Assembly (NCBI GenBank): GCA_963744145.1
Contig: CAVUSO010000001.1
Location: forward strand, 2,496,001-2,560,000
Direction: 5' to 3'
From: an uncultured cyanobacterium
Lineage (GTDB): Bacteria; Cyanobacteriota; Cyanobacteriia; Cyanobacteriales; CAWUOF01
Length of the DNA: 64,000 bases
Made by a program: the position numbers and the translations under genes. Below, piece by piece: positions 22,001-30,100 of this stretch (the stretch's first letter is position 1; each line of letters opens with the position of its first letter). Below the pieces are notes generated by a model. The model ran no database searches. It worked only from the letters and a program-made list of their open reading frames with translations, and was not told the DNA's origin.

Positions 22001-22973
22001 GTATTTAGGCTTTGCTTCTAAAAAAGGAGCCGCCTATCTTAGCAATGTGATTTACACCACCACGATTGATTTAGCCCAGCAAAAGGTGGTAGCATTAAAG
22101 GAATTAGTCACGGTAGATGATAATTTTGTTGAGAAATTCAATGCTGGAAAATATGTCCCTTATAGCGCCTCATCAGATTTACAAACTCAAGCAATCTTAG
22201 AACGTGCTAAGGGGGAAAGTAATCAGTCGATTAAAGAAAGGTTGAATGATGAGCAAGCTAAGTATTATCTGACGGGAAATTCTCTCGTAGTCAGTAGTGA
22301 GGTGATCCACGCCCTCGGAGATCACTTTGAACTAGAATTGGATTATCCCGTGATTCCATCGGTTCAACCAACTGTCATCGGTACCCTCAATAGTAATTAT
22401 CAAATCCAACAGGAAATTTATGAGGGAGTGAAAATTGCCTATCCGCAAATTAGTCAGTTAGGTAATGACCAGCTTGAACGCAAGATTAATACTTTAATCA
22501 AGAAGGATGCTTTAAGCATATTAGATGGATATCAAGGGAATTTACACCAGCTCATATTAGATTTAAAGTATGAAGTGAAATATCAGGGTAGTGACTTTTT
22601 AAGTATTAAGTATTTAGGTTTTGCTTCTAAAAAAGGAGCCGCCTATCTCAGTAATGTGATTTACACCACCACGATTGATTTAGCCCAGCAAAAGGTGGTA
22701 GCATTAAAGGAATTAGTCACGGTAGATGACAATTTTGTCGAGAAATTCAATGGGGGGAAATATGTCCCTTATAGTGCATCATCGGATTTACAAACTCAAG
22801 CAATCCTAGAGCGTGCTAAAGCGGAAAGTAATCAGTCGATTAAAGAGAGGTTTAATGGTGATCAGGCTAAGTATTACTTGACAGGAAATTCTCTTGTGGT
22901 TAGTAATGAGGTAATCCATGCACTTGGGGATCACTTTGAACTAGAGTTGGACTATCCGGTTGTAAAAAAATAG
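16041..22973 (+). CDS. Giant 2310-aa protein of 11 tandem DUF4163/DUF3298 (PdaC/RsiV-like) modules
   Basis: Uninterrupted ORF; unit IxYPQI...KINTLIK...YEVKY...LSIKY...GAAY...TIDL...LKEL resembles DUF4163-type domains (recognition only). Confidence 0.75.
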   Translation: MSKMQRLITALLRILSTEITFFKSNKGNTNISNPADPIPVINQNQDNSSNTNTNISKPADPIPVINQNQDDSSKSSSVQPTISSGVNSNYQIQQEIYEGVKIAYPQISQLGNDQIEQKINTLIKKDALSVLDGYQGNLHQLILDLKYEVKYQGSDFLSIKYLGFASKKGAAYLSNVIYTTTIDLSQQKVVALKELVTVDDNFVEKFNAGKYVPYSASSDLQTQAILERAKGESNQSIKERLNDEQAKYYLTGNSLVVSSEVIHALGDHFELELDYPVTPSVQSTVAGTLNSNYQIQQEIYEGVKIAYPQISQLGNDQIEQKINTLIKKDALSVLDGYQGNLHQLILDLKYEVKYQGSDFLSIKYLGFASKKGAAYLSNVIYTTTIDLAQQKVVALKELVTVDDNFVEKFNGGKYVPYSASSDLQTQAILERAKTESNQSIKERFNNDQAKYYLTGSSLVVSSEVIHALGDHFELELDYPVIPSVQPTVAGTLNSNYQIQQEIYEGVKIAYPQISQLGNDQIEQKINTLIKKDALSVLDGYQGNLHQLILDLKYEVKYQGSDFLSIKYLGFASKKGAAYLSNVIYTTTIDLAQQKVVALKELVTVDDNFVEKFNGGKYVPYSASSDLQTQAILERAKTESNQSIKERLNNDQAKYYLTGNSLVVSSEVIHALGDHFELELDYPVTPSVQPTVTGPLNSNYQIQQEIYEGVKIAYPQISQLGNDQIEQKINTLIKKDALSVLDGYQGNLHHLILDLKYEVKYQGSDFLSIKYVGFASKKGAAYLSNVIYTTTIDLAQQKVVALKELVTVDDNFVEKFNGGKYVPYSASSDLQTQAILERAKTESNQSIKERLNNDQAKYYLTGSSLVVSSEVIHALGDHFELELDYPVAPSVQPTVTGPLNSNYQIQQEIYEGVKIAYPQISQLGNDQIEQKINTLIKKDALSVLDGYQGNLHQLILDLKYEVKYQGSDFLSIKYLGFASKKGAAYLSNVIYTTTIDLAQQKVVALKELVTVDDNFVEKFNGGKYVPYSASSDLQTQAILERAKAESNQSIKERLNDEQAKYYLTGNSLVVSSEVIHALGDHFELELDYPVAPSVQPTVTGPLNSNYQIQQEIYEGVKIAYPQISQLGNDQIEQKINTLIKKDALSVLDGYQGNLHHLILDLKYEVKYQGSDFLSIKYLGFASKKGAAYLSNVIYTTTIDLAQQKVVALKELVTVDDNFVEKFNGGKYVPYSASSDLQTQAILERAKAESNQSIKERLNDEHAKYYLTGNSLVVSSEVIHALGDHFELELDYPVTPSVQPSVTGPLNSNYQIQQEIYEGVKITYPQISQLGNDQIEQKINTLIKKDALSVLDGYHGNLHHLILDLKYEVKYQGSDFLSIKYLGFASKKGAAYLSNVIYTTTIDLAQQKVVALKELVTVDDNFVEKFNAGKYVPYSASSDLQTQAILERAKAESNQSIKERLNDEQAKYYLTGNSLVVSSEVIHALGDHFELELDYPVTPSVQSTVAGTLNSNYQIQQEIYEGVKIAYPQISQLGNDQLERKINTLIKKDALSVLDGYQGNLHQLILDLKYEVKYQGSDFLSIKYLGFASKKGAAYLSNVIYTTTIDLAQQKVVALKELVTVDDNFVEKFNGGKYVPYSASSDLQTQAILERAKAESNQSIKERFNDDQAKYYLTGSSLVVSSEVIHALGDHFELELDYPVIPSVQSTVTSTLNSNYQIQQEIYEGVKIAYPQISQLGNDQLERKINTLIKKDALSILDGYQGNLHQLILDLKYEVKYQGSDFLSIKYLGFASKKGAAYLSNVIYTTTIDLAQQKVVALKELVTVDDNFVEKFNGGKYVPYSASSDLQTQAILERAKGESNQSIKERLNDEQAKYYLTGNSLVVSSEVIHALGDHFELELDYPVAPSVQPTVTGPLNSNYQIQQEIYEGVKIAYPQISQLGNDQLERKINTLIKKDALSVLDGYQGNLHQLILDLKYEVKYQGSDFLSIKYLGFASKKGAAYLSNVIYTTTIDLAQQKVVALKELVTVDDNFVEKFNAGKYVPYSASSDLQTQAILERAKGESNQSIKERLNDEQAKYYLTGNSLVVSSEVIHALGDHFELELDYPVIPSVQPTVIGTLNSNYQIQQEIYEGVKIAYPQISQLGNDQLERKINTLIKKDALSILDGYQGNLHQLILDLKYEVKYQGSDFLSIKYLGFASKKGAAYLSNVIYTTTIDLAQQKVVALKELVTVDDNFVEKFNGGKYVPYSASSDLQTQAILERAKAESNQSIKERFNGDQAKYYLTGNSLVVSNEVIHALGDHFELELDYPVVKK
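16121..16262 (+). repeat. 72-bp direct repeat x2 (24 aa)
   Basis: NTNISxPADPIPVINQNQDxSS twice; DNA copies start at 16121 and 16193. Confidence 0.9.
16299..22961 (+). repeat. 11 x 609-bp intragenic tandem repeat
   Basis: AATAGYAATTATCAAATCCAACAGG recurs at exact 609-bp spacing from 16299 to 22389. Confidence 0.98.
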
Positions 22974-23016
22974 GACAAAAGTTAGCATTATATAAACATT
23001 TCCCATAGGATTTTGG

Positions 23017-24375
23017 TTGACTAAGACAAACCCCCGTCAATTGGCATTTTTAGCCCTTAAATCAGTTCAAAAAGGTGCTTTTGCAGATGTCGCTCTCGAT
23101 CATTTGTTAGAAAAAGCTGATTTAACTGAATTGGATCGACGTTTAATGACAGAGTTAGTCTATGGTTGTGTGAGACGGATGCGATCGCTTGATGCTGTAA
23201 TTGACCAACTTGCGAAAAAAAAGTCTCACCAACAACCTCCCGATTTAAGATTAATTCTGCACCTGGGTTTATATCAATTACGCTATCTTCACCATATCCC
23301 ACCTGCTGCTGCGGTTAATACAACGGTACAATTAGCTAAGGAAAATCTTCTCGGAGGTCTGACAGCTTTTGTTAATGGGATACTGCGACAATATCTAAGA
23401 TTGGTAGAAAACCATCAGGAATCAGTTCTGGAATTACCAGAAAATCCCTTACAACGTTTGGGAATTTTACATAGCTATCCAGACTGGATTATTAGTTTAT
23501 GGTTAGAACAGTTAGATCTAGCAGAAACTGAACAGCTCTGTGAATGGATGAATAGATCACCAACAATTGATCTGCGAATTAATCCGTTAAGAACTTCCAT
23601 TGAAATAGTGGAAACAGCACTTCAATCTCAGGGGGTAGAAGTAATCAGAGTTCCTCCCTTACCTCAAGCTTTAAGATTAACGGGTAATGTCGGTGCAATT
23701 CAAAATTTACCCGGTTTTCAGGAGGGTTGGTGGACTGTTCAAGATAGTAGTGCTCAGTTAGTTGCTCATTTACTTGATCCTCAACCAGGGGAAATAATTA
23801 TTGATACTTGTGCTGCTCCTGGAGGAAAGACAACTCATATTGCTGAATTAATGGGAGATCGTGGTACTGTCTGGGGATGCGATCGCAATCATGGTCGGTT
23901 ACAAAAACTTCAGGAAAACTCACTGCGTTTACATCTCCAATCTATCCAAATTTCTGCTGGAGATAGTCGTCATCTTTCCCACTTTACTAATTCTGCTCAC
24001 CGGGTTTTATTAGATGTACCCTGTTCCGGATTAGGTACACTTCATCGTCATGCTGATGCTCGTTGGAGACAAACCTTTACCTCAGTTCAGCAACTGGCAA
24101 CCCTCCAATCTGAATTATTAGATCAAGCGGTGAATTTAGTCAAGCCAGAAGGGATTTTAGTATATGCAACCTGTACTTTACATCCCTTAGAAAATGAAGT
24201 TACTATTCAAAATTTTCTCAAAACTCATCCTAACTGGGAAATTGATCCACCTGTAACTAATCCGATCGCAGCTAATTTTATCACCCCAGAAGGTTGGCTG
24301 AAAGTTTGGCCACATCGCCATAATATGGATGGGTTTTTTATGGTCAGATTAAAACAGATTAAATCATCTCAGTAG
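23017..24375 (+). CDS. rsmB: 16S rRNA m5C967 methyltransferase
   Basis: NusB-like N-terminus; VQDSSAQ, CAAPGGKT, DVPCSG, YATCT motifs. Confidence 0.93.
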   Translation: MTKTNPRQLAFLALKSVQKGAFADVALDHLLEKADLTELDRRLMTELVYGCVRRMRSLDAVIDQLAKKKSHQQPPDLRLILHLGLYQLRYLHHIPPAAAVNTTVQLAKENLLGGLTAFVNGILRQYLRLVENHQESVLELPENPLQRLGILHSYPDWIISLWLEQLDLAETEQLCEWMNRSPTIDLRINPLRTSIEIVETALQSQGVEVIRVPPLPQALRLTGNVGAIQNLPGFQEGWWTVQDSSAQLVAHLLDPQPGEIIIDTCAAPGGKTTHIAELMGDRGTVWGCDRNHGRLQKLQENSLRLHLQSIQISAGDSRHLSHFTNSAHRVLLDVPCSGLGTLHRHADARWRQTFTSVQQLATLQSELLDQAVNLVKPEGILVYATCTLHPLENEVTIQNFLKTHPNWEIDPPVTNPIAANFITPEGWLKVWPHRHNMDGFFMVRLKQIKSSQ

Positions 24376-24437
24376 AGATGTTCCGGTGGAATGTCTCTGG
24401 ATGGGAATATATCGGTAATAGGGATATACTCTTAATT

Positions 24438-24649
24438 CAATACGCTTCAGTTAATCTTTTTTTAGGAGATGTCGGCGAAGAGGGGCGAAGCATTCGGGGA
24501 TCAGATTACTGGTTTGATTCGTTTAATTGTCGCCCGAATGCTTCGCCCCTACTAGATGGCAACTGCTCTCGGCGAAGAAGGGCGAAGCATTCGGGGATCA
24601 GATTACTGGTTTGATTGTTCAATTGTCGCTAAACATGCTTCGCCCCTAC
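24438..24649. repeat. Tandem pair of GTAG-type REP-like hairpins with upstream TTCAGTTAA end
   Basis: GGGCGAAGCATTCGG...CCGAATGCTTCGCCCCTAC at 24473-24552 and a variant at 24570-24649. Confidence 0.85.
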
Positions 24650-26349
24650 TTGATCACTCCTAAGATAGATGCTACTTCAGGTTTAGCTATCTTTGGAGCA
24701 AATAGATCCTGAGCATAGATGTGAGGATTATGTTGGGAAATTTGGTGATAAGATGCGCGAATTTCTGCATTGACTGACACAGTTTTTACATCATAAATAT
24801 CTGTGGCTAGTTTGGGATACAAACCGATCGCAATAATGGGCACTAAGAAACAAGCGGCAATAAAAACTTCCCGTGGTTTAGCATCAGTAAACTCAGCTTG
24901 AACTGGCAAAACACAACTGGTGCCAAAACAAACAGCTTCTTGATTTCCTTGATGCTTCAAGTCTAGATCCGTCAGATCACAGCTAGGAGCAATATCACAA
25001 GCTGGTGATTGCCCAGAAGCATAAAATATCTGTCTGAGCATAGATAGTAAATAGATCGGTGTCAGGATCAATCCAATTGCTGATAGCAACAGTGTGACAA
25101 GGCGAAAAGATGAGCTATAAATATCGCTAGTAGTTACACCAATAAACACGGCAAGTTCACTAGCAAAACCACTCATCCCAGGAAGGGCCAATGATGCCAT
25201 TACTCCTGCGGTAAATAGAGCAAATACTTTTGGCATTACCTGACCAATACTACCCATCTCATTCAATGTCATTGTATGGGTGTGATCGTAGGTGACACCT
25301 GCGAGGAAGAACAAGACTGAAGCAATTAACCCGTGGGAGAGCATTTGTAACATCGCCCCACTAATGCCCAAATCTGTGAAAGATGCTATCCCCAGTAAAA
25401 CAAATCCCATGTGGGAAACTGAAGAATAAGCGAGACGACGCTTCATGTTTGTCTGAGCAAAAGAGTTAAATCCACCATAAATAATATTGATAACTCCTAG
25501 TATTGCTAGAACTGGAGCAAAGTAAATGTGTGCTTGATGGAGCATTTCTAGGTTGAGACGGATGAGTCCGTATCCACCCATTTTTAGTAATACACCCGCT
25601 AAAACCATTGATACAGGGGAAGATGCTTCTCCGTGAGCATCTGGTAACCAAGTATGTAAGGGGAAAACTGCTAACTTGACCCCAAAAGCAATTAGTAATC
25701 CTGCATAAAGGGGTAATTCCAGCAATAATGGGTAATCCTTCAGAGCTAGTTCGGCTAGATCGAAGGTGAAGTTATTGCCATAAAATGCCATTCCTAATGC
25801 TGCCACTAAGATAAATATGGAAGCGATCGCTGTATATAGTAAAAATTTGGTCGCTGCATACTGGCGTTTTTGACCACCCCAGATTGATACCAGCAGATAA
25901 ACGGGAATTAATTCAATTTCCCACATAATAAATAGCAGTAGTAAGTCTTGGGCGATAAATACCCCGATCTGGGCTGAATACAAGACCAACATTAGACTAT
26001 AAAATAGTCGGGGTTTGAGATTAACTTGCCATGCTGCAAAAATTGAGAGGGTAGTAACGAATCCAGCTAACAAGACGAGTGGGACAGATAATCCATCTAC
26101 CGAAACTGTCCAACTTATCCCTAAGCTAGGTATCCAATTATATTTCTCGACCAGTTGAAAAGTGGCTTTGGTGGGATCGTAATGTTGCCAAAAGGTGTAG
26201 CACATTAACATAAAATCGGCGATCGCTACCCCAAAAGCATACCAACGCACGCTTTTACCTTCTTTATCCGGGATGATGGGAATGAGACAGGAAGCAACTA
26301 GGGGAAACAAAACTATGCAAGTTAACCAGGGGAATTCAGCGGGCATCAT
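24646..26349 (-). CDS. ndhD: NAD(P)H-quinone oxidoreductase subunit 4 (NdhD2-type, Cys-containing C-terminal insertion)
   Basis: FPWL start, [39 protein letters not shown] at 26349. Confidence 0.92.
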   Translation of the reverse strand: MMPAEFPWLTCIVLFPLVASCLIPIIPDKEGKSVRWYAFGVAIADFMLMCYTFWQHYDPTKATFQLVEKYNWIPSLGISWTVSVDGLSVPLVLLAGFVTTLSIFAAWQVNLKPRLFYSLMLVLYSAQIGVFIAQDLLLLFIMWEIELIPVYLLVSIWGGQKRQYAATKFLLYTAIASIFILVAALGMAFYGNNFTFDLAELALKDYPLLLELPLYAGLLIAFGVKLAVFPLHTWLPDAHGEASSPVSMVLAGVLLKMGGYGLIRLNLEMLHQAHIYFAPVLAILGVINIIYGGFNSFAQTNMKRRLAYSSVSHMGFVLLGIASFTDLGISGAMLQMLSHGLIASVLFFLAGVTYDHTHTMTLNEMGSIGQVMPKVFALFTAGVMASLALPGMSGFASELAVFIGVTTSDIYSSSFRLVTLLLSAIGLILTPIYLLSMLRQIFYASGQSPACDIAPSCDLTDLDLKHQGNQEAVCFGTSCVLPVQAEFTDAKPREVFIAACFLVPIIAIGLYPKLATDIYDVKTVSVNAEIRASYHQISQHNPHIYAQDLFAPKIAKPEVASILGVIK

Positions 26350-26429
26350 GGGACTGAGCAAAAATGCTTAATAGTGGATGAATGAATTCTACTAAATTTT
26401 TTAACATTTTAGTTATAAATCTTTACGAT

Positions 26430-26447
26430 TTTGTAAATATATGTAAA
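26430..26447 (-). promoter_or_regulatory. HLR1 (RpaB) motif upstream of ndhD
   Basis: Minus strand TTTACATA-TA-TTTACAAA matches (G/T)TTACA(T/A)(T/A)-N2-repeat perfectly; TAAAAT -10 at 26411-26406. Confidence 0.6.
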
Positions 26448-26643
26448 ATCAGCCCAATCTCAGTTAGTCCATGATCAGGGATGAAGAGATTGGTGATCAA
26501 TATTAAGTCAGGATTATAGGTAGGGAAAACTTTTTTCATGTCCAGTTTTAGAACAGCATGAATCCGGTTATGGATCTGTGGCTGTTAAATATGATGGAAT
26601 TAAATTTAAAATTTTTGGAGTTGCAAAAACTGCAACTAAGAAA

Positions 26644-26752
26644 TTAGACTTCTTGCAAAAGTATGGTTTGTAGTAGGGAATGCGAGTCCCAATCATGCTC
26701 AATACTTGAGGTCAGACAGCCCTTACTACAAACAAATATTTTTGACTTTTGC
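26644..26752. repeat. MITE-like nested inverted repeat
   Basis: GCAAAAGT/ACTTTTGC outer arms and GTTTGTAGTA/TACTACAAAC inner arms. Confidence 0.55.
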
Positions 26753-26776
26753 TTTCTTGTTTATTTTATTGACTAA

Positions 26777-26899
26777 GCAGAAGAAGGGTGAAGCATTCGG
26801 ATCTAGCATTACTACCCTTCGACTACGCTCAGGGTAAACTTTGCTCGCTCAATTATTGTCGCGAGATGCTTCACCCTTACACTTAACTGAACCCTATTG
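26777..26899. repeat. REP-like hairpin carrying a 24-bp insert (26815-26838) and a CTTAACTGAACC end
   Basis: Closely related to 44140-44271; insert CCCTTCGACTACGCTCAGGGTAAA. Confidence 0.85.
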
Positions 26900-27030
26900 C
26901 TATTGTTATATATCATCCTGTCCAGATCATAACTATCACACAGAAATAACAAAAAACTTCGCTCATAATACTTGTAATGAACATTCAGATGAGCAGGATT
27001 CAGCAGGCTATCAATTACTCAGTAAATATA

Positions 27031-27080
27031 TTATATAAAATTTTCCTAGTCTTTATATAAAATTTTCCTAGTCTTTATAT
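27031..27080 (+). repeat. 22-bp tandem duplication upstream of the kinase
   Basis: TTATATAAAATTTTCCTAGTCT x2 plus a partial copy. Confidence 0.85.
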
Positions 27081-27140
27081 TATCGCTAACAATTATAGTT
27101 TATAATATCCGAAAAATTCCTCAGATAGCTAAGGCAAAAA

Positions 27141-30100
27141 ATGGAGATTAACTCAAATAATCTGCTCGGAAAATATCGCTTAATTGAAGAAATTTATACA
27201 AGCGATCGCATTCTAGTATATAGAGGTCAAGCGATCGAGCAAAATCTCAATTCTGGGTCAGTCGTATTAAAAATGCTCAGACAGGAATATCCAACCTTCA
27301 ACGAACTACTCCAATTTCGCCATGAGTATACGATCAGCAAAAATCTGAATATTGCTAAAATAGTACGTCCTTTAGCTTTAGAGCCCTACGGTCATGGTTA
27401 TATTCTAGTGATGGAAGATTTTGGAGGTATTTCCCTAGAAAATTATCTAAAAAATCATCAATTATCTTGGTCAGAAGTATTAGAAATTGCCCAACAACTG
27501 GTAATAAGTTTACATCACTTACATGAGCATAGAGTAATTCATAAAGACCTCAAACCAGCCAATATTTTAATTCATCCACAGACTCAAGAAATAAAATTAA
27601 TTGACTTTAGTATTGCATCATTGTTACCAAAAGAAACTCAAGCCATCAAAAATCCTCAGAATTTAGAAGGAACATTAGCTTATTTAGCACCAGAACAAAC
27701 CGGACGGATGAATCGTGGAATTGATTATCGAACTGATTTTTATAATCTCGGGGTAACCTTATACGAACTAGCAACAGGTAGATTACCATTCTTAGCAAAA
27801 GATCCCCTAGAGCTAGTATATTGTCATTTAGCTAAACAACCAATTTTACCTCATGAGGTTCAGAAAAATATTCCCCCAATCTTGTCAGCAATTATTTTAA
27901 AACTGATGGCAAAAAATGCCGAAGATCGTTATCAGAGTGCTTTAGGACTAAAACATGACCTTGAACAATGTTTACAACAATGGCAAAAAACTGGAACAAT
28001 TAAAGAATTTCCTTTAGGGAAACAGGATCTGTGTGATCGCTTCCTGATCCCAGAAAAACTCTATGGACGGAAAGAAGAAGTAAATACCCTGTTAGCAGCT
28101 TTTGAACGTATTACCAAAGGGACATCAGAAATAATGCTGGTCGCAGGATTTTCTGGGATTGGTAAAACCGCAGTTATTAATGAAGTGCATAAACCAATTG
28201 TCCGACAAAAGGGTTACTTTATTAAAGGTAAATTTGATCAATTTAATCGTAATGTTCCTTTCCTGGCGTTTGTGCAAGCATTTCGGCACTTAATTCAACA
28301 GATCCTCTCAGAAAATCAACAACAATGCCAAAATTGGAAAACCCAGATTCTTGCAGCATTAGCAGAAAACGCGCAAGTTATTATTGAGATCATCCCCGAA
28401 TTAGAGCAATTATTAGGAAAACAACCAAGTGTAGCAGAACTATCTGGAAGTGCGGCTCAAAATCGATTTAATCTGTTATTTCAAAAGTTTCTACAAGTAT
28501 TTACCAAACCAGAGCATCCTTTAGTAATTTTCTTAGATGATTGGCAATGGGCTGATTCTGCTTCTCTGAATTTGTTACAATTATTAATGAATAATACGAG
28601 TTATTTATTAATATTAGGAGCTTATAGAGATAACGAAGTATCACCAATTCATCCATTTATGTTAACATTAGAAGAACTCCAAAAAAAAGGAGTAAAAACC
28701 ACCACTATAACTTTGCCATACTTGCCCGAAAAAGAGATTAATCAATTAGTAGCAGATACCTTAAATTGTCAGGTGGAATTAGCCCAAAAGCTCACAAAAT
28801 TGATCGCGACAAAAACCGAGGGAAATCCATTTTTTATCACCCAATTTTTAAAAGCATTGCATCAAGATAAGTTACTTAAATTTGACTATGACCTTGGTTA
28901 TTGGCAAACCGATTTTACTCAAATACAAGTCCAGAGTTTAACAAATAATATAGTAGAGTTTATGGCTATACAGATCCAAAAATTGTCTCCAGAAACTCAA
29001 AATATCTTAAAATTAGCCGCTTGTATTGGAGGGCAATTTGAACTAAATACATTAGCAATAGTTGCGGAAAAATCAGAGGTAGAAGTAGCAACTAATTTAT
29101 GGAAAGCACTAGAGGAAGGATTGATTTTACCCTTAACTCAAACCTACAAATTTTTTTATGATGAAACAACAGATAATCACGATCAACGACCAATACAAGC
29201 GAGTTATCAATTTCTTCACGATCGGGTCCAACAAGCAGCCTATTCATTAATTCCAGAAACTCAAAAACAAATCACACACTTCAAAATTGGTAAATTGTTA
29301 TTAACCAATTTATCTAGTCAGGCTAAAGATGAACATATTTTTGAAATTGCTAATCAATTGAATTTGAGTAGAGCGATAATTTCTAGTCAAACAGACCAAG
29401 AAGAGTTAGCACAATTAAACCTGAAAGCTGGACAAAAAGCCCAGCTTTCAGCCGCTTACCAAGCCGCGCAAAATTATTATCAAATGGGGATTGATTTATT
29501 ACCATTAGAAGCTTGGCAAACTCACTATAAATTAATCTATGCACTCTATCGTTATGGGTCAGAAGTCGCTTATCTTTGTGGTAATTTTGATCAAGCAGAA
29601 GCACTGTATGCTGTAGCAATTAGCCATGCCCAAAATCCCCTAGATCAAGCTGTAATTTATCGAATTCAGATGACCCAATATCAGCTCCAGGGCCGCAACG
29701 CAGAAGCGATCGTAATTCAACGTCAGAGTTTACAATTGCTGGGATTAACTATCCCATTAGAACCAGAGACTATTCAAGCAGAGTTAAATCAAGAAATTGC
29801 TCAAGTCAATCAATTTTTAGCACAACAAGCGATCGCTTCCATCCTCGACCTAGCCAAAATGACAGATGAAACCACCGCAGAAATTTTACGAATTTTACAA
29901 ATTCTTTTCTATTCAGCTTGGCTCAATGGTCAACCCACTTTAGCATTATTTGCACTAGCCAAAATGACAAGCTTATCCTTGCAATATGGCAACAGCGAAA
30001 TGTCTCCTTTTGGCTATGTCGGTTATGGTTTAATTGCCAATGGAATGCTCAAAAATGCAGCCATGGGATATCAGTTTGGCAAACTAGCTGTAGAAATGTG

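Noticed and set aside
16041..22973. Diversity-generating retroelement target or pure assembly artefact
   Set aside because: Differences are not adenine-specific and no RT is present; units carry distinct, largely synonymous variant combinations
24378..24712. Small ORFs such as MSPECFAPT (also 26841, 43452, 50400)
   Set aside because: Translations of REP-like repeats; the same PECFAPT peptide recurs wherever the repeat occurs
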